Assembly: GCA_041665245.1 (NCBI GenBank)
Contig: JBAYJF010000001.1
Coordinates: forward strand, 1-46,855
DNA from: Candidatus Margulisiibacteriota bacterium
GTDB lineage: Bacteria; Margulisbacteria; WOR-1; O2-12-FULL-45-9; XYB2-FULL-48-7
Length of the DNA stretch: 46,855 nucleotides
Direction of reading: 5' to 3'
Positions within the stretch are counted from its first letter, which is position 1. Every line of letters begins with the position of its first letter. Shown here one piece after another: positions 1-8,374 of this stretch. The position numbers and the translations under genes were made by a program. A model generated the notes under the pieces. That model worked only from the letters and a program-made list of their open reading frames with translations. It did not search any database and was not told the DNA's origin.

Positions 1-46
1 AAATGACAAATTAAAAATGACAATTGCTAAAAAAAATAGTTTTATA

Positions 47-1339
47 TTAAGTGATTTTGCCATTTTGGGCAACAATTTTTCCGGCTACGATCGTAGTCAT
101 CACTTTGCCGGCAAGCTTCCATCCGGCAAATGGGGTGTTCCTGCTTTTTGAAGCAAATTTTGTAGGATCAACCGTCCATTCTGCGCTTGGATCAAAGATA
201 CAAAGATCCGCATCCGCACCGATCTTCAAAGTCCCCTTGTTTTTTAGCCCCAATATTTTTGCTGGATTATTCGAAAGCTTTGCGATGAGCTCGCCAAGGG
301 AAAGCTGTTTTGTTTTTACCAGTTTTGTTACGGCTAGTCCAAGCGCTGTTTCAAGTCCGACCATTCCACTGGATGCCAGATTAAATTCCACATTTTTTTC
401 TTCAATGTTATGCGGTGCATGGTCGGTGGCAATAACATCGATCGTCCCGTCCTTTAATCCTCGGATAACAGCCTTCAGGTCTTTTTCTGTCTTGAGCGGC
501 GGGTTAACTTTTGCATTGGTATCATAATTTCTGATCGCTTCTTCGGTTATTGAAAAATAATGCGGGCAAGTCTCGCAGGTTACCGGGATATTGTCTTTTT
601 TTGCCTGGCGCAGCAATTTAATCGAGCCTTCGGATGAAACATGCGCTATATGCACCCTTCCAAATTCCCTGGCCAGCATAATTTCCCGCGCGACCATGAT
701 CTCTTCGGAAATTGCCGGGATCGGAGGAAGGCCTATCGAAGTTGAAACAACTCCTTCGTTCGCGGATCCGCCTTTTGAAAGGCTGGTATCTTCGCAGTGC
801 GAAATGACCGTGACGCCAAATTGTTTTGCATATTCAACCGCCCGGCGCATAATGTCGGCGCGCATTACCGGATGCCCGTCATCCGAGAAAGCGATGGCCC
901 CATCTCTGAAACATTCGCCCATTTCAGAGATTTCTTCGCCTTTTAATCCTTTGGTGATCGCGGCGATCGGAAAAATATTTACGACCGCTTCCGTTTTGGC
1001 TTTTCCAAGAATATATTCAATGACCGCACCGTTGTCCGCGATCGGATCGGTATTCGCCATACAGCAGATCGACGTAAAACCGCCAAGGGCCGCGGCACGT
1101 GAGCCACTATAGATCGTTTCTTTGTCGGGCCGGCCGGGATCGCGCAAATGCGTGTGCATATCGATAAATCCGGAAGTTACGGCCAAGCCTTTCGCGTCAA
1201 TTACTTTATAATTTTTCGAAGCCGGGATCTTTTTCGCGATCTTTGCTATTTTACCGTTCACGATAAGGATGTCATAGTTCCCATCCATTTTTGTTGATGG
1301 ATCGACCACTTTTCCGTTTTTAATCAGCAATGAACTCAT
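47..1339 (-). CDS. pyrC: dihydroorotase
   Basis: The 430-aa ORF has amidohydrolase signatures (GFIDMHTHLRDPG and VIATDHAPH). Its length is typical of the DHOase family. Confidence 0.9.
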   Translation of the reverse strand: MSSLLIKNGKVVDPSTKMDGNYDILIVNGKIAKIAKKIPASKNYKVIDAKGLAVTSGFIDMHTHLRDPGRPDKETIYSGSRAAALGGFTSICCMANTDPIADNGAVIEYILGKAKTEAVVNIFPIAAITKGLKGEEISEMGECFRDGAIAFSDDGHPVMRADIMRRAVEYAKQFGVTVISHCEDTSLSKGGSANEGVVSTSIGLPPIPAISEEIMVAREIMLAREFGRVHIAHVSSEGSIKLLRQAKKDNIPVTCETCPHYFSITEEAIRNYDTNAKVNPPLKTEKDLKAVIRGLKDGTIDVIATDHAPHNIEEKNVEFNLASSGMVGLETALGLAVTKLVKTKQLSLGELIAKLSNNPAKILGLKNKGTLKIGADADLCIFDPSAEWTVDPTKFASKSRNTPFAGWKLAGKVMTTIVAGKIVAQNGKIT

Positions 1340-2143
1340 TTAAAATTTCATCCTCTTTTTTACATTTGAAATAATTTCTCTTATCCCGCTGACTCCCTTT
1401 TTATCACTTTCTTTGCCGCTTGTCGAACTATGTTTTTCGGGAGCCTTGATCACTTTAAGCGCAACGGTCGCGGCTCTTTGTTCGGCTTCTTTTTTATTGG
1501 CTCCCCGCCCGATCCCGTATCTTTTCCCTTTTATTTTAACCTCGACCCAAAAAACCCGCCTGTGCTCCGGCCCGGTCTCTTTAATGACCTTATAACGGGG
1601 TAATTCCCATTTCTTTTTTTGTACATATTCCTGCAAAGCCGACTTATAATCTCCGATATAGCCAGCTTGAGATACAAGTTCGATTTCGTCATTTAAGTTC
1701 CCGATTATCAGGTCCCTTACCTTCCCGAGTCCCGCATCCAGAAACACCGCTCCGATCAAAGCTTCGAAGGCATTGGCAACATTTGATTTTCTCTTCCGTC
1801 CGCCGCTTTTCTTCTCGTTCTGGCTAAGAAGAATAACCTCGCCCAGCCCCATTTTTTTGCCGATATTCCCCAGCGTTTCGTCGGAGATCACCGAGGCCCT
1901 TATTTTCGTAAGCGCTCCCTCGGCTAACTGGGGGAATTTATTATATATATATTCGGTAACAATGAGCTTCAAAACGGCATCGCCCAGGAATTCCATCCGC
2001 TCATTGTCCGGCAAGTTATTCTCGTGGCCGGAGGAGCTATGCGTCAGCGCCTGGTTGAGAAGGGTAATATTTTGAAAAGATATATTGAGATTTTGCTGGA
2101 GGGTTTCGAGCTCTTTTTCTCTCTCGGAGGAAAGCTGTATCAT
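1340..2143 (-). CDS. rnc: ribonuclease III
   Basis: It carries the RNase III signature (ERMEFLGDAVLKL) and a C-terminal dsRBD-like region (GPEHRRVFWVEV...GANKKEAEQRAA). A Lys/Ser-rich C-terminal tail of about 35 aa follows. Confidence 0.9.
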   Translation of the reverse strand: MIQLSSEREKELETLQQNLNISFQNITLLNQALTHSSSGHENNLPDNERMEFLGDAVLKLIVTEYIYNKFPQLAEGALTKIRASVISDETLGNIGKKMGLGEVILLSQNEKKSGGRKRKSNVANAFEALIGAVFLDAGLGKVRDLIIGNLNDEIELVSQAGYIGDYKSALQEYVQKKKWELPRYKVIKETGPEHRRVFWVEVKIKGKRYGIGRGANKKEAEQRAATVALKVIKAPEKHSSTSGKESDKKGVSGIREIISNVKKRMKF

Positions 2144-2171
2144 TGACTTTATATTTTACATTATATACAAT
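2143..2171 (+). promoter_or_regulatory. sigma-70-like promoter TTGACT-N17-TACAAT for the 2210-4377 operon
   Basis: TTGACT lies at 2143-2148 and TACAAT at 2166-2171, exactly 17 nt apart. They sit about 38 nt upstream of the ATG at 2210, which has a GAGGT Shine-Dalgarno (SD) sequence. Confidence 0.5.
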
Positions 2172-2209
2172 GAAAGTTCAAGGATCACGGGCATTATAGA
2201 GGTAAAATT

Positions 2210-3121
2210 ATGTCAGTACTTTCTCCGATCATGAGCTTTATCGTCGACAAGGAGGTCGGGTTCCCGATCCCTTCAGAAAAAGAAAAGGTCAATAAAGCTC
2301 TAAAGCGCTATCGCCAGATATATAAAGAGCATCCCAACCGCTCCGATATCGGCGAGATAATGTTCGGGATCGCCGACCTTTTGGTCGGTCGAAATGACCC
2401 CGGAGACTATGCCGAAGCGACCAAGACCTATGACCAGATCCTGCTTAAAAATCCTCCGGAATACCTGAAAGCCAGGGCGCTCATTGGGAAAGCCGAGCTA
2501 TTGATCGGGACCCCGGCAGAATTCGCAAATGCGATCACGCTTTGTGAAAAAGCAAGACAGATCCTGGGAAAAGACCTGTCGGATTTTTTCAGCGCAAAAA
2601 GCTTTGTCATTGAGGCTGAACTTCTTTTGGCCCGCCGGGAAAAGGGTGATTGGGCAAAAGCCGTCGAACTCATCAATCAAATTATCAAAGAAAAGAACGC
2701 CCATTGGTACTTCAGGGGCCGAGCTCTTTTATCAAAAGCTGAAATATTGTTTTACCGCGAACCGGGAGACCTTGGGACCGCCATTAAGCTTTCCGATCAG
2801 GCAATTAGAGAATTAAAATCCCGTCCGGACGATTATTTCTCTTGTAAAGGGAAAATATTAAGGGGCGAAATGCTTATCCGCCGGGAAAAAAGAGGCGATT
2901 TTGAAAAAGCGGAAAAAATTCTCTCTGAGGTCCTTAAATCCAAGTTCAATTATTCGGATTTGATCGCCAGAGCAAAACTCGACCTGGCGGATATCGTCTC
3001 CAACCCGAAAGCCGGAAAACTATTGCAGGAAGTCTCCGAGATGGAAGGGCTTGACCCTTATCTGGCCGAAAAAGCAAAACTGGTTTCAGAACATATTAAA
3101 GAAAGGCCGCGCAGAAAATAG
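2210..3121 (+). CDS. hypothetical protein, all-helical with TPR-like repeats
   Basis: The 303-aa ORF repeats a roughly 40-aa pattern (...A.LGKAELL..., ...RALLSKAEILF..., ...KGKILRGEMLI..., ARAKLDLADIV). Its stop lies 2 nt before the leuC start, so the two are probably co-transcribed. Confidence 0.5.
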   Translation: MSVLSPIMSFIVDKEVGFPIPSEKEKVNKALKRYRQIYKEHPNRSDIGEIMFGIADLLVGRNDPGDYAEATKTYDQILLKNPPEYLKARALIGKAELLIGTPAEFANAITLCEKARQILGKDLSDFFSAKSFVIEAELLLARREKGDWAKAVELINQIIKEKNAHWYFRGRALLSKAEILFYREPGDLGTAIKLSDQAIRELKSRPDDYFSCKGKILRGEMLIRREKRGDFEKAEKILSEVLKSKFNYSDLIARAKLDLADIVSNPKAGKLLQEVSEMEGLDPYLAEKAKLVSEHIKERPRRK

Positions 3122-3123
3122 CC

Positions 3124-4377
3124 ATGGGAAAGACTATCGCTGAAAAGATCCTCTCAAACCACTGCGGCCGCGATGCAAAGGCTGGCGATATCGTTATTGC
3201 CGATCTTGATTTTATGATCGGCCAGGACGGAACCTCCGGCGTAGCGATCGATTCCTTTCGTAAAATGGCCGCACCCAAAGTTGCCGATCCAAACAAAATT
3301 GCCATTATTATCGATCACAGCTCCCCTTCCCCAAATTCGGGCGTATCCGCGATCCACAAAAAGATCCGCGAATTCACGACCGAGCAAGGGATCAAACTCT
3401 ATGATATCGGCTGCGGCGTTTGCCACCAGCTCACTCCAGAGCAAGGCCATGTGGTTCCGGGAGATCTAGTGATCGGGGCCGACTCGCATACCTGTACTTA
3501 TGGCGCGATCAATGTATTTTCAACCGGAATTGGTTCGACCGACCTTGCCGCCGGAATGATCTCTGGAAAGCTCTGGTTCAAAGTTCCGGAAACGATCAAA
3601 ATAAATTTTAACGGATCGCTTCCTAAAGGAATTTTCTCAAAAGATTTGATCCTGGCCCTTATTGGAAAGATCGGCGCCGACGGTGCGACATACTTAGCGC
3701 TGGAGATCGGCGGACAAGCAATTGATGAGATGTCGGTCGATGCCCGCTTCACCATCTCGAACATGGCAATTGAGTGCGGCGCCAAAGCCGGCCTTATGCC
3801 AGCGGATAGTAAAGTTATGGAGTGGGTAAAGAAACATTCCAATAAAAAACCGAATCCTGTTCAAGCCGATAAAGATGCTATTTATAAGCAAGTAATTGAC
3901 ATTGATGTAACAAAACTAGAGCCGCAGATCGCCAAACCTCATACGGTAGACAATGTTGTTCCTCTTTCGCAAATTGGCAAAGTTTCCATTCAACAGGGAT
4001 TAATTGGAACTTGTACAAACGGGCGGCTGGAAGACTTTCAGATCGCGGCAAAGATCTTAAAAGGAAAAAAAGTTAATCAGAATTGCCGGTTGATCATTGC
4101 GCCTTCATCAAAACAAATTCTTATGGATATGATCAAAGATGGAACCTATCAGACGTTGCTTGAAGCTGGCGCGGTTGCCGTTACTCCTGGGTGTGGACCA
4201 TGCGTTGGCACGCACAACGGCGTTCCTTCCGACGGGGAAAATGTGATCTCAACTGCGAACAGAAACTTCAAGGGAAGAATGGGGAACGTTAATTCGTTTA
4301 TCTACTTAGGTTCGCCGGCTACCGTAGCAGCATCGATGCTGGAAGCCAAGATCGCTGATCCGAGGAAGTATTTGTAG
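3124..4377 (+). CDS. leuC: 3-isopropylmalate (or homoaconitate) dehydratase large subunit, short aconitase-family type
   Basis: The 417-aa ORF has aconitase-family motifs (GADSHTCTYGA, GTCTNGR, PGCGPCVG, NRNFKGRMG). Confidence 0.85.
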   Translation: MGKTIAEKILSNHCGRDAKAGDIVIADLDFMIGQDGTSGVAIDSFRKMAAPKVADPNKIAIIIDHSSPSPNSGVSAIHKKIREFTTEQGIKLYDIGCGVCHQLTPEQGHVVPGDLVIGADSHTCTYGAINVFSTGIGSTDLAAGMISGKLWFKVPETIKINFNGSLPKGIFSKDLILALIGKIGADGATYLALEIGGQAIDEMSVDARFTISNMAIECGAKAGLMPADSKVMEWVKKHSNKKPNPVQADKDAIYKQVIDIDVTKLEPQIAKPHTVDNVVPLSQIGKVSIQQGLIGTCTNGRLEDFQIAAKILKGKKVNQNCRLIIAPSSKQILMDMIKDGTYQTLLEAGAVAVTPGCGPCVGTHNGVPSDGENVISTANRNFKGRMGNVNSFIYLGSPATVAASMLEAKIADPRKYL

Positions 4378-4385
4378 ATACTATG

Positions 4386-4410
4386 TTGATATCGCAAATT
4401 GCGATATCAA
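4386..4410. repeat. perfect 12+1+12 palindrome TTGATATCGCAA-A-TTGCGATATCAA between convergent leuC and the 364-aa ORF
   Basis: Read directly from the sequence. The arms are exact reverse complements. It could be a bidirectional terminator stem or a binding site for a dimeric protein. No T-run follows it. Confidence 0.6.
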
Positions 4411-4461
4411 GATTTGCAACCGGTGACAAATTGGCCCTGGTTCAATTATTTTCTAATTTAA

Positions 4462-5556
4462 CTATTCGCCGTATACTTTTGCCTTTAATATAAGAACATT
4501 TTGCCTCGGGAAAAACTTTCGCACAGTCCACCTCTCCCCCCTGGAAAAAACCACCGTTTTCGAAAAAAAGTCATATTCTCTCCAAAACATAAAATCGGTA
4601 TCCCCAAATATCCTTACTAAGGCAAGTCTAACCGCCTCTTCCTCATTAACGTTCCCTATTGCGTAATAACTTCTGCTACTTGAATAATCATATTGCTTAT
4701 ATACATTCATCCCTTTTGCTAATCCAAGGTTAATAAGCTCAAGCCTTAGCGCCGTTTCTTTGTCTCCCGGAAATACTTCTGAATTGATAGAGACTATTCC
4801 TTTTTGCTCTTGATTGTTTTGTGCGTCTCGAATAAACATGCGCGTAATGAAACGTGATGCAAGGGTCAAAAGAATTCCTCCTCCGACAATTCCTAACAAA
4901 GGAGCAACAGTAGTTATCACAGCCGTTGCCCACAAGCACGCTGGCACAGCCACAGTACTTACCAACGATAAAAGCATAAAACCTGCTCCAAATTTATGCC
5001 CAAAGCTAAGTTTAAATGGCGGGATTTCTAATTTTGATTTTTCTGGAGCAACAACTGAGCTTTTTGGTGCGACGGCTGCAGCCAGTTCCGCTGGGACGAC
5101 TCTGCCTGCGCTTGCTGTTTGCGGACTTTTTGCGCTTCGTACTGGTTCGCCCTTTTGCTCACCTTTACCAAATTTACCTTCTTTCTTTTTTGCTTTAACT
5201 CCAAAATTCCCTTCTAGCTTAACCTTCCCCGCCAATGCCGGCCTTGCCGCAATGGCCGCCGCAAGATCTTCGCTTGTAAGGACGATCCCAACTAAAGCAC
5301 TTATCAATTCTCTGGCCGCTAAATCATCTGCCGGTCTGGAATCCCCTTCAATTCTAATTTGAGTGATCCCGATATTATGTAAAATTCCCAACCGTACACC
5401 TTTTTTCTCTTCCACTCCTTTGCTGCAATCTACTGTTCCCCGAAAACCGGCTAAGCCGCGCCCGATCCTATCCTGCGCCTGCAAAACCTGTTTTTTCCCT
5501 AAGTCGGCATTCCTTCTTATCCCTCTTGTTGTTACCGTTATCTGCACTCCAGCCAT
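4462..5556 (-). CDS. hypothetical membrane protein (orphan) with a central bilobed hydrophobic domain
   Basis: The 364-aa ORF has a strong SD (AAGGAGGA) 6 nt before the ATG. Residues about 189-237 form two adjacent hydrophobic helices (FGAGFMLLSLVSTVAVPACLWA / VAPLLGIVGGGILLTLASRFI). A Lys/Gly-rich linker spans residues about 111-145. I recognise no family motif. Confidence 0.6.
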   Translation of the reverse strand: MAGVQITVTTRGIRRNADLGKKQVLQAQDRIGRGLAGFRGTVDCSKGVEEKKGVRLGILHNIGITQIRIEGDSRPADDLAARELISALVGIVLTSEDLAAAIAARPALAGKVKLEGNFGVKAKKKEGKFGKGEQKGEPVRSAKSPQTASAGRVVPAELAAAVAPKSSVVAPEKSKLEIPPFKLSFGHKFGAGFMLLSLVSTVAVPACLWATAVITTVAPLLGIVGGGILLTLASRFITRMFIRDAQNNQEQKGIVSINSEVFPGDKETALRLELINLGLAKGMNVYKQYDYSSSRSYYAIGNVNEEEAVRLALVRIFGDTDFMFWREYDFFSKTVVFSRGERWTVRKFFPRQNVLILKAKVYGE

Positions 5557-5579
5557 TTCAAATCCTCCTTAATTAACAA

Positions 5580-5604
5580 AAACCCAGATTATTCATCTGG
5601 GTTT
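5580..5604 (-). terminator. terminator-like hairpin between the 887-aa and 364-aa ORFs, inside the predicted leader of the 364-aa ORF
   Basis: The minus strand reads AAACCCAGAT-GAATA-ATCTGGGTTT followed by TTG. That gives a 10-bp stem, a 5-nt loop and a U-tract. Confidence 0.55.
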
Positions 5605-5622
5605 AAACTAACCTCATAGCTT

Positions 5623-5652
5623 TTTATCTGTACATCCTAGGATAAATTTCAC
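5623..5652 (-). promoter_or_regulatory. GTGAAATT-N16-GATAAA promoter-like motif (sigma-28-like geometry) upstream of the 364-aa ORF
   Basis: On the minus strand, GTGAAATT occupies 5652-5645 and overlaps the TGA stop of the 887-aa ORF. After a 16-nt spacer, GATAAA occupies 5628-5623. The same architecture occurs at four other sites. Confidence 0.55.
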
Positions 5653-8312
5653 CCTTTCGGCCGCAGGGAATACCCTTCAGCGAGCAACTCCGCAACGGAA
5701 ATAAAGTCCGGCCGACGATAGGTTTCTTCCACATCAAATATTTCCACCCGTTGCGTAAAATCTCCCGCCCGCATTAATGTTTCATATCTTCCACGAACCC
5801 CCTTCTTGGTCGAACGCAATAACGCTTCCGGGTCGCGATATTTCCCTTTCGCTAGTGCGGCGCTTACTTCATCAACCAAAACTGTTCCTTCTCTGCCGAC
5901 AGAAAGAAGATCGTGCTGAGAATTTCTAAAATGAACCGGCAAAACATGTTCGCTCCCATCAGAAAAAGTTGTAATTATATAAATTCCATAACGAATAGAT
6001 AGTTCGCGCTGGTCACCCAGCATTGTTTTTTGGATCTGCGCTTTATTCGAGTGGTGACAGCCTGCTAACATTCGGCTCCCATCACCCATTAAAATCGGCT
6101 TAACCGGCAATCTGCAAAGCCTTCCTCTATATTGCCTTGCAGCAAATATTTCTTCTCGGGCGATCCCGCTTATTGATCTTTCTCTTTCCGTTATGTTTCC
6201 GGGCAGCTCCAGCGGGCCAAAATATCCCTTTTCCAGCCTAAAAAGCGGCAACCCCAAGATCCCCTTTGTTCGCAGAACATGGTCAAAACCTCTTACGAAA
6301 AGCTCAGCTGCAGTAAGGCCGGGCTTCCCGGTCTCTATTGGGCTTAATAATTCCGTACCACCATCTTGAGGCATAATAAGATAACCGGAATATCTTTGTG
6401 TTACTACTTTTGTACACAGGTACCGAGCTAATACGCCGGCAGTTAATTCAACCAACGCCTCCTCAAAAACACCTAGCGCTAATTCGTCCTCTCGAATCCC
6501 TTTTGTATCGATAATTTTTACGGCTGCTTTGTCTAGATCCACTAATAAATGGATCTCTTTTCCCGTAAACGTACCTTCCTCTGCCAGAGAGGCCGCAACT
6601 TCAAAAGTTTGGCTCTTTAAATGCCGAACAGTTATTGATCGGAGCGATCCGCGTAAAAAATCCCCACCGGCAAGCTGATATTTCACTGTGGTTTCAGCTA
6701 ACATGGAAGGAGCAAATAATAGATCGACCGTTTCCATAGACTTATGACGACGCTCCGAAATTTGATCGGCCACCGCCATTAAACCCTCTTCCGCACCCCG
6801 AACTAAATTCAAAAAGTAGCGAATGAATTCGACATTTAAATTTTCAACTTCGCGCCTTGCAAGCTCCAAAGCAAATTGATCGACCTGTTTATCAACTTCG
6901 CCCAATACTACTGCAGGCGATTTAACGGCTAACCCGCCTACCTTTCCGGCCAATCCAAAAGCAAGAGCCGATAATCCGCACAAAAGAAAATATCTTGATA
7001 ATAATATTTTATTTCCCTCAAATTTAGGAGGGTAAAGCTGCAGGTGTTTTATCGGCAACTCATAAAGCAGATACCCGTCTGCCCTTTTAATCGCGACTAA
7101 CATTGAAGCCGTATTTGGCCGACTGAAAATATTTACACGACCAGCCTCTGCCGAATGCTTGGCACTAAATTCAGCTGCATGCAAAAAACAGGCCGAACCG
7201 CTCAACCCCGCCTTTAGAAATACCCGATTGAGGGCTTCCACCGATTCTTTTATCTGTCGATCAAGAATAAGGGCTATCCGGGGGGCATCATCGGCAGACA
7301 ACCGCAAAACCGGCCCGCATTCGGTCAAGGAGGCCAAAGACAACCCGCTTTCATAAAACCGGCAAATTGCATCAAGAAAGGAAATGCGCAAAATTTCTAT
7401 TTCGGTATCAATTACTGTCGGCGCGCTCGCCGTTCTTTTATTTCCATTTCCCTCCAAGTGAGGCGCGACACCCTCTAAAACACCCTTTGCCGCATTTCTA
7501 TCCCCTTTCGCCGATAATTGCTCAAATTCTCGATAACTCCTTTGCATTGACAGCAGCCTTGCTGCTTTTTCATCAAGGGCAGCTCCCAAAATAAATCTAT
7601 CCAGAAGATCTAAAAATTCAAAGTGCGCCAGGCCGACAATTTTTGTATGAAAACATTCCTGGTCATCAGCAAAATTCCCTTTGTTTTCAACGACCAATTC
7701 TGCACACACCCTCATTTTTCCACGATCAAAAGTTGCCCCTCTCATTCTTTCATTTGCTCTGCCGCGAAACAGGACCTCTTCGGCAACTAAGCGCCTGCAC
7801 TCTAGATCAATGGACGTCAAACAAGCAATATCGCTGCCTAAGTCTATTAGCCTATTTGGAAAAGTTTTAAGCAGGCGGCTGCCAATAACAAAAACGCCGA
7901 TAAAATATCTCAAATCTCTATTGCCGGCAGGAGGAAAAGGTTTTACCTTTATAAACTCCTCATACCGACTCCTTATGGCTCTTCCGGTTTCCGGGCTAGC
8001 ATGCAAGGTTCTCTGAAGAGCATTTGCGGCATTTTGAAAATTATCGCTATCTGGCGCATCTCTTTCAATAACATACATGTAATGGTCCGCCGCAAAAGCG
8101 TGATTAGATTTCTTACGTGCAAGATCTGCCAAGGCAACATAACAACTATAAATTTCAGACGGCGCAACTTGCCCGGATCTTTCGATCTGCACAAGCAAAT
8201 TCTTAGCAACATGTAGATTTCCCGCGCGATGTGCTGTAGAAAAATCCGTCATTGTTGGCATTTTTTGTTGCCGAACCTCTCTTTTTCCCCACCGTACTCC
8301 ACTTGGTTTCAT
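5649..8312 (-). CDS. large hypothetical protein (orphan, 887 aa)
   Basis: This is a long uninterrupted ORF on the strand opposite the flanking leuC and leuD. I see no catalytic or nucleotide-binding motif. The composition looks richer in Ala/Arg/Leu/Gly than the neighbouring genes. The start is uncertain: the ATG at 8312 has no SD, and alternative ATGs lie at 8261 and 8252. Confidence 0.6.
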   Translation of the reverse strand: MKPSGVRWGKREVRQQKMPTMTDFSTAHRAGNLHVAKNLLVQIERSGQVAPSEIYSCYVALADLARKKSNHAFAADHYMYVIERDAPDSDNFQNAANALQRTLHASPETGRAIRSRYEEFIKVKPFPPAGNRDLRYFIGVFVIGSRLLKTFPNRLIDLGSDIACLTSIDLECRRLVAEEVLFRGRANERMRGATFDRGKMRVCAELVVENKGNFADDQECFHTKIVGLAHFEFLDLLDRFILGAALDEKAARLLSMQRSYREFEQLSAKGDRNAAKGVLEGVAPHLEGNGNKRTASAPTVIDTEIEILRISFLDAICRFYESGLSLASLTECGPVLRLSADDAPRIALILDRQIKESVEALNRVFLKAGLSGSACFLHAAEFSAKHSAEAGRVNIFSRPNTASMLVAIKRADGYLLYELPIKHLQLYPPKFEGNKILLSRYFLLCGLSALAFGLAGKVGGLAVKSPAVVLGEVDKQVDQFALELARREVENLNVEFIRYFLNLVRGAEEGLMAVADQISERRHKSMETVDLLFAPSMLAETTVKYQLAGGDFLRGSLRSITVRHLKSQTFEVAASLAEEGTFTGKEIHLLVDLDKAAVKIIDTKGIREDELALGVFEEALVELTAGVLARYLCTKVVTQRYSGYLIMPQDGGTELLSPIETGKPGLTAAELFVRGFDHVLRTKGILGLPLFRLEKGYFGPLELPGNITERERSISGIAREEIFAARQYRGRLCRLPVKPILMGDGSRMLAGCHHSNKAQIQKTMLGDQRELSIRYGIYIITTFSDGSEHVLPVHFRNSQHDLLSVGREGTVLVDEVSAALAKGKYRDPEALLRSTKKGVRGRYETLMRAGDFTQRVEIFDVEETYRRPDFISVAELLAEGYSLRPKG

Positions 8313-8317
8313 ATCCT

Positions 8318-8350
8318 AATATCATCGTCAATAGATCGGATTAATTTCAC
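8318..8350 (-). promoter_or_regulatory. GTGAAATT-N16-GATGAT(ATT) promoter-like motif upstream of the 887-aa ORF
   Basis: On the minus strand, GTGAAATT occupies 8350-8343. GATGAT follows at 8326-8321 (16-nt spacing), with an alternative GATATT at 8323-8318. Only 5-8 nt remain before the ATG at 8312, so the gene may be leaderless. Confidence 0.45.
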
Positions 8351-8366
8351 AGAATATGGCAAATCA

Positions 8367-8374
8367 TGTATAAT
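8367..8374 (+). promoter_or_regulatory. -10 box TGTATAAT placed 7 nt upstream of the leuD ATG (leaderless-type arrangement)
   Basis: TATAAT lies at 8369-8374 and the ATG at 8382. There is no SD between them. Confidence 0.45.

Noticed and set aside
51-1112. Long antisense ORFs opposite annotated genes. Examples are 51-527 and 591-1112 opposite pyrC, 4814-5362 opposite the 364-aa ORF, 27945-28388 opposite mgtC, 36471-36983 opposite pyrH, and 42582-43079 opposite lpxD.
   Set aside because: They fully overlap ORFs with clear family signatures or stronger coding features. Their translations are low-complexity, rich in Ser, Pro, Arg and Phe. They lack ribosome-binding sites. These are typical shadow ORFs.
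5500-5556. A possible shared N-terminal signal between the 364-aa and 523-aa proteins (ITVTTRG versus KVTIRGTD).
   Set aside because: The match covers only about 5 residues of similar pattern, which is too short to distinguish from chance without a profile search.
5603-5617. Mini-ORFs in the two paralogous leaders (ATG AGG TTA GTT TAA, and a 16-codon ORF at 40002-39952) interpreted as regulatory leader peptides.
   Set aside because: Only the first two codons are shared. The lengths and sequences differ, and no SD precedes them. The conserved ATGAGGTT may be an RNA or DNA element instead. I mention it under the leader finding but do not call it a gene.
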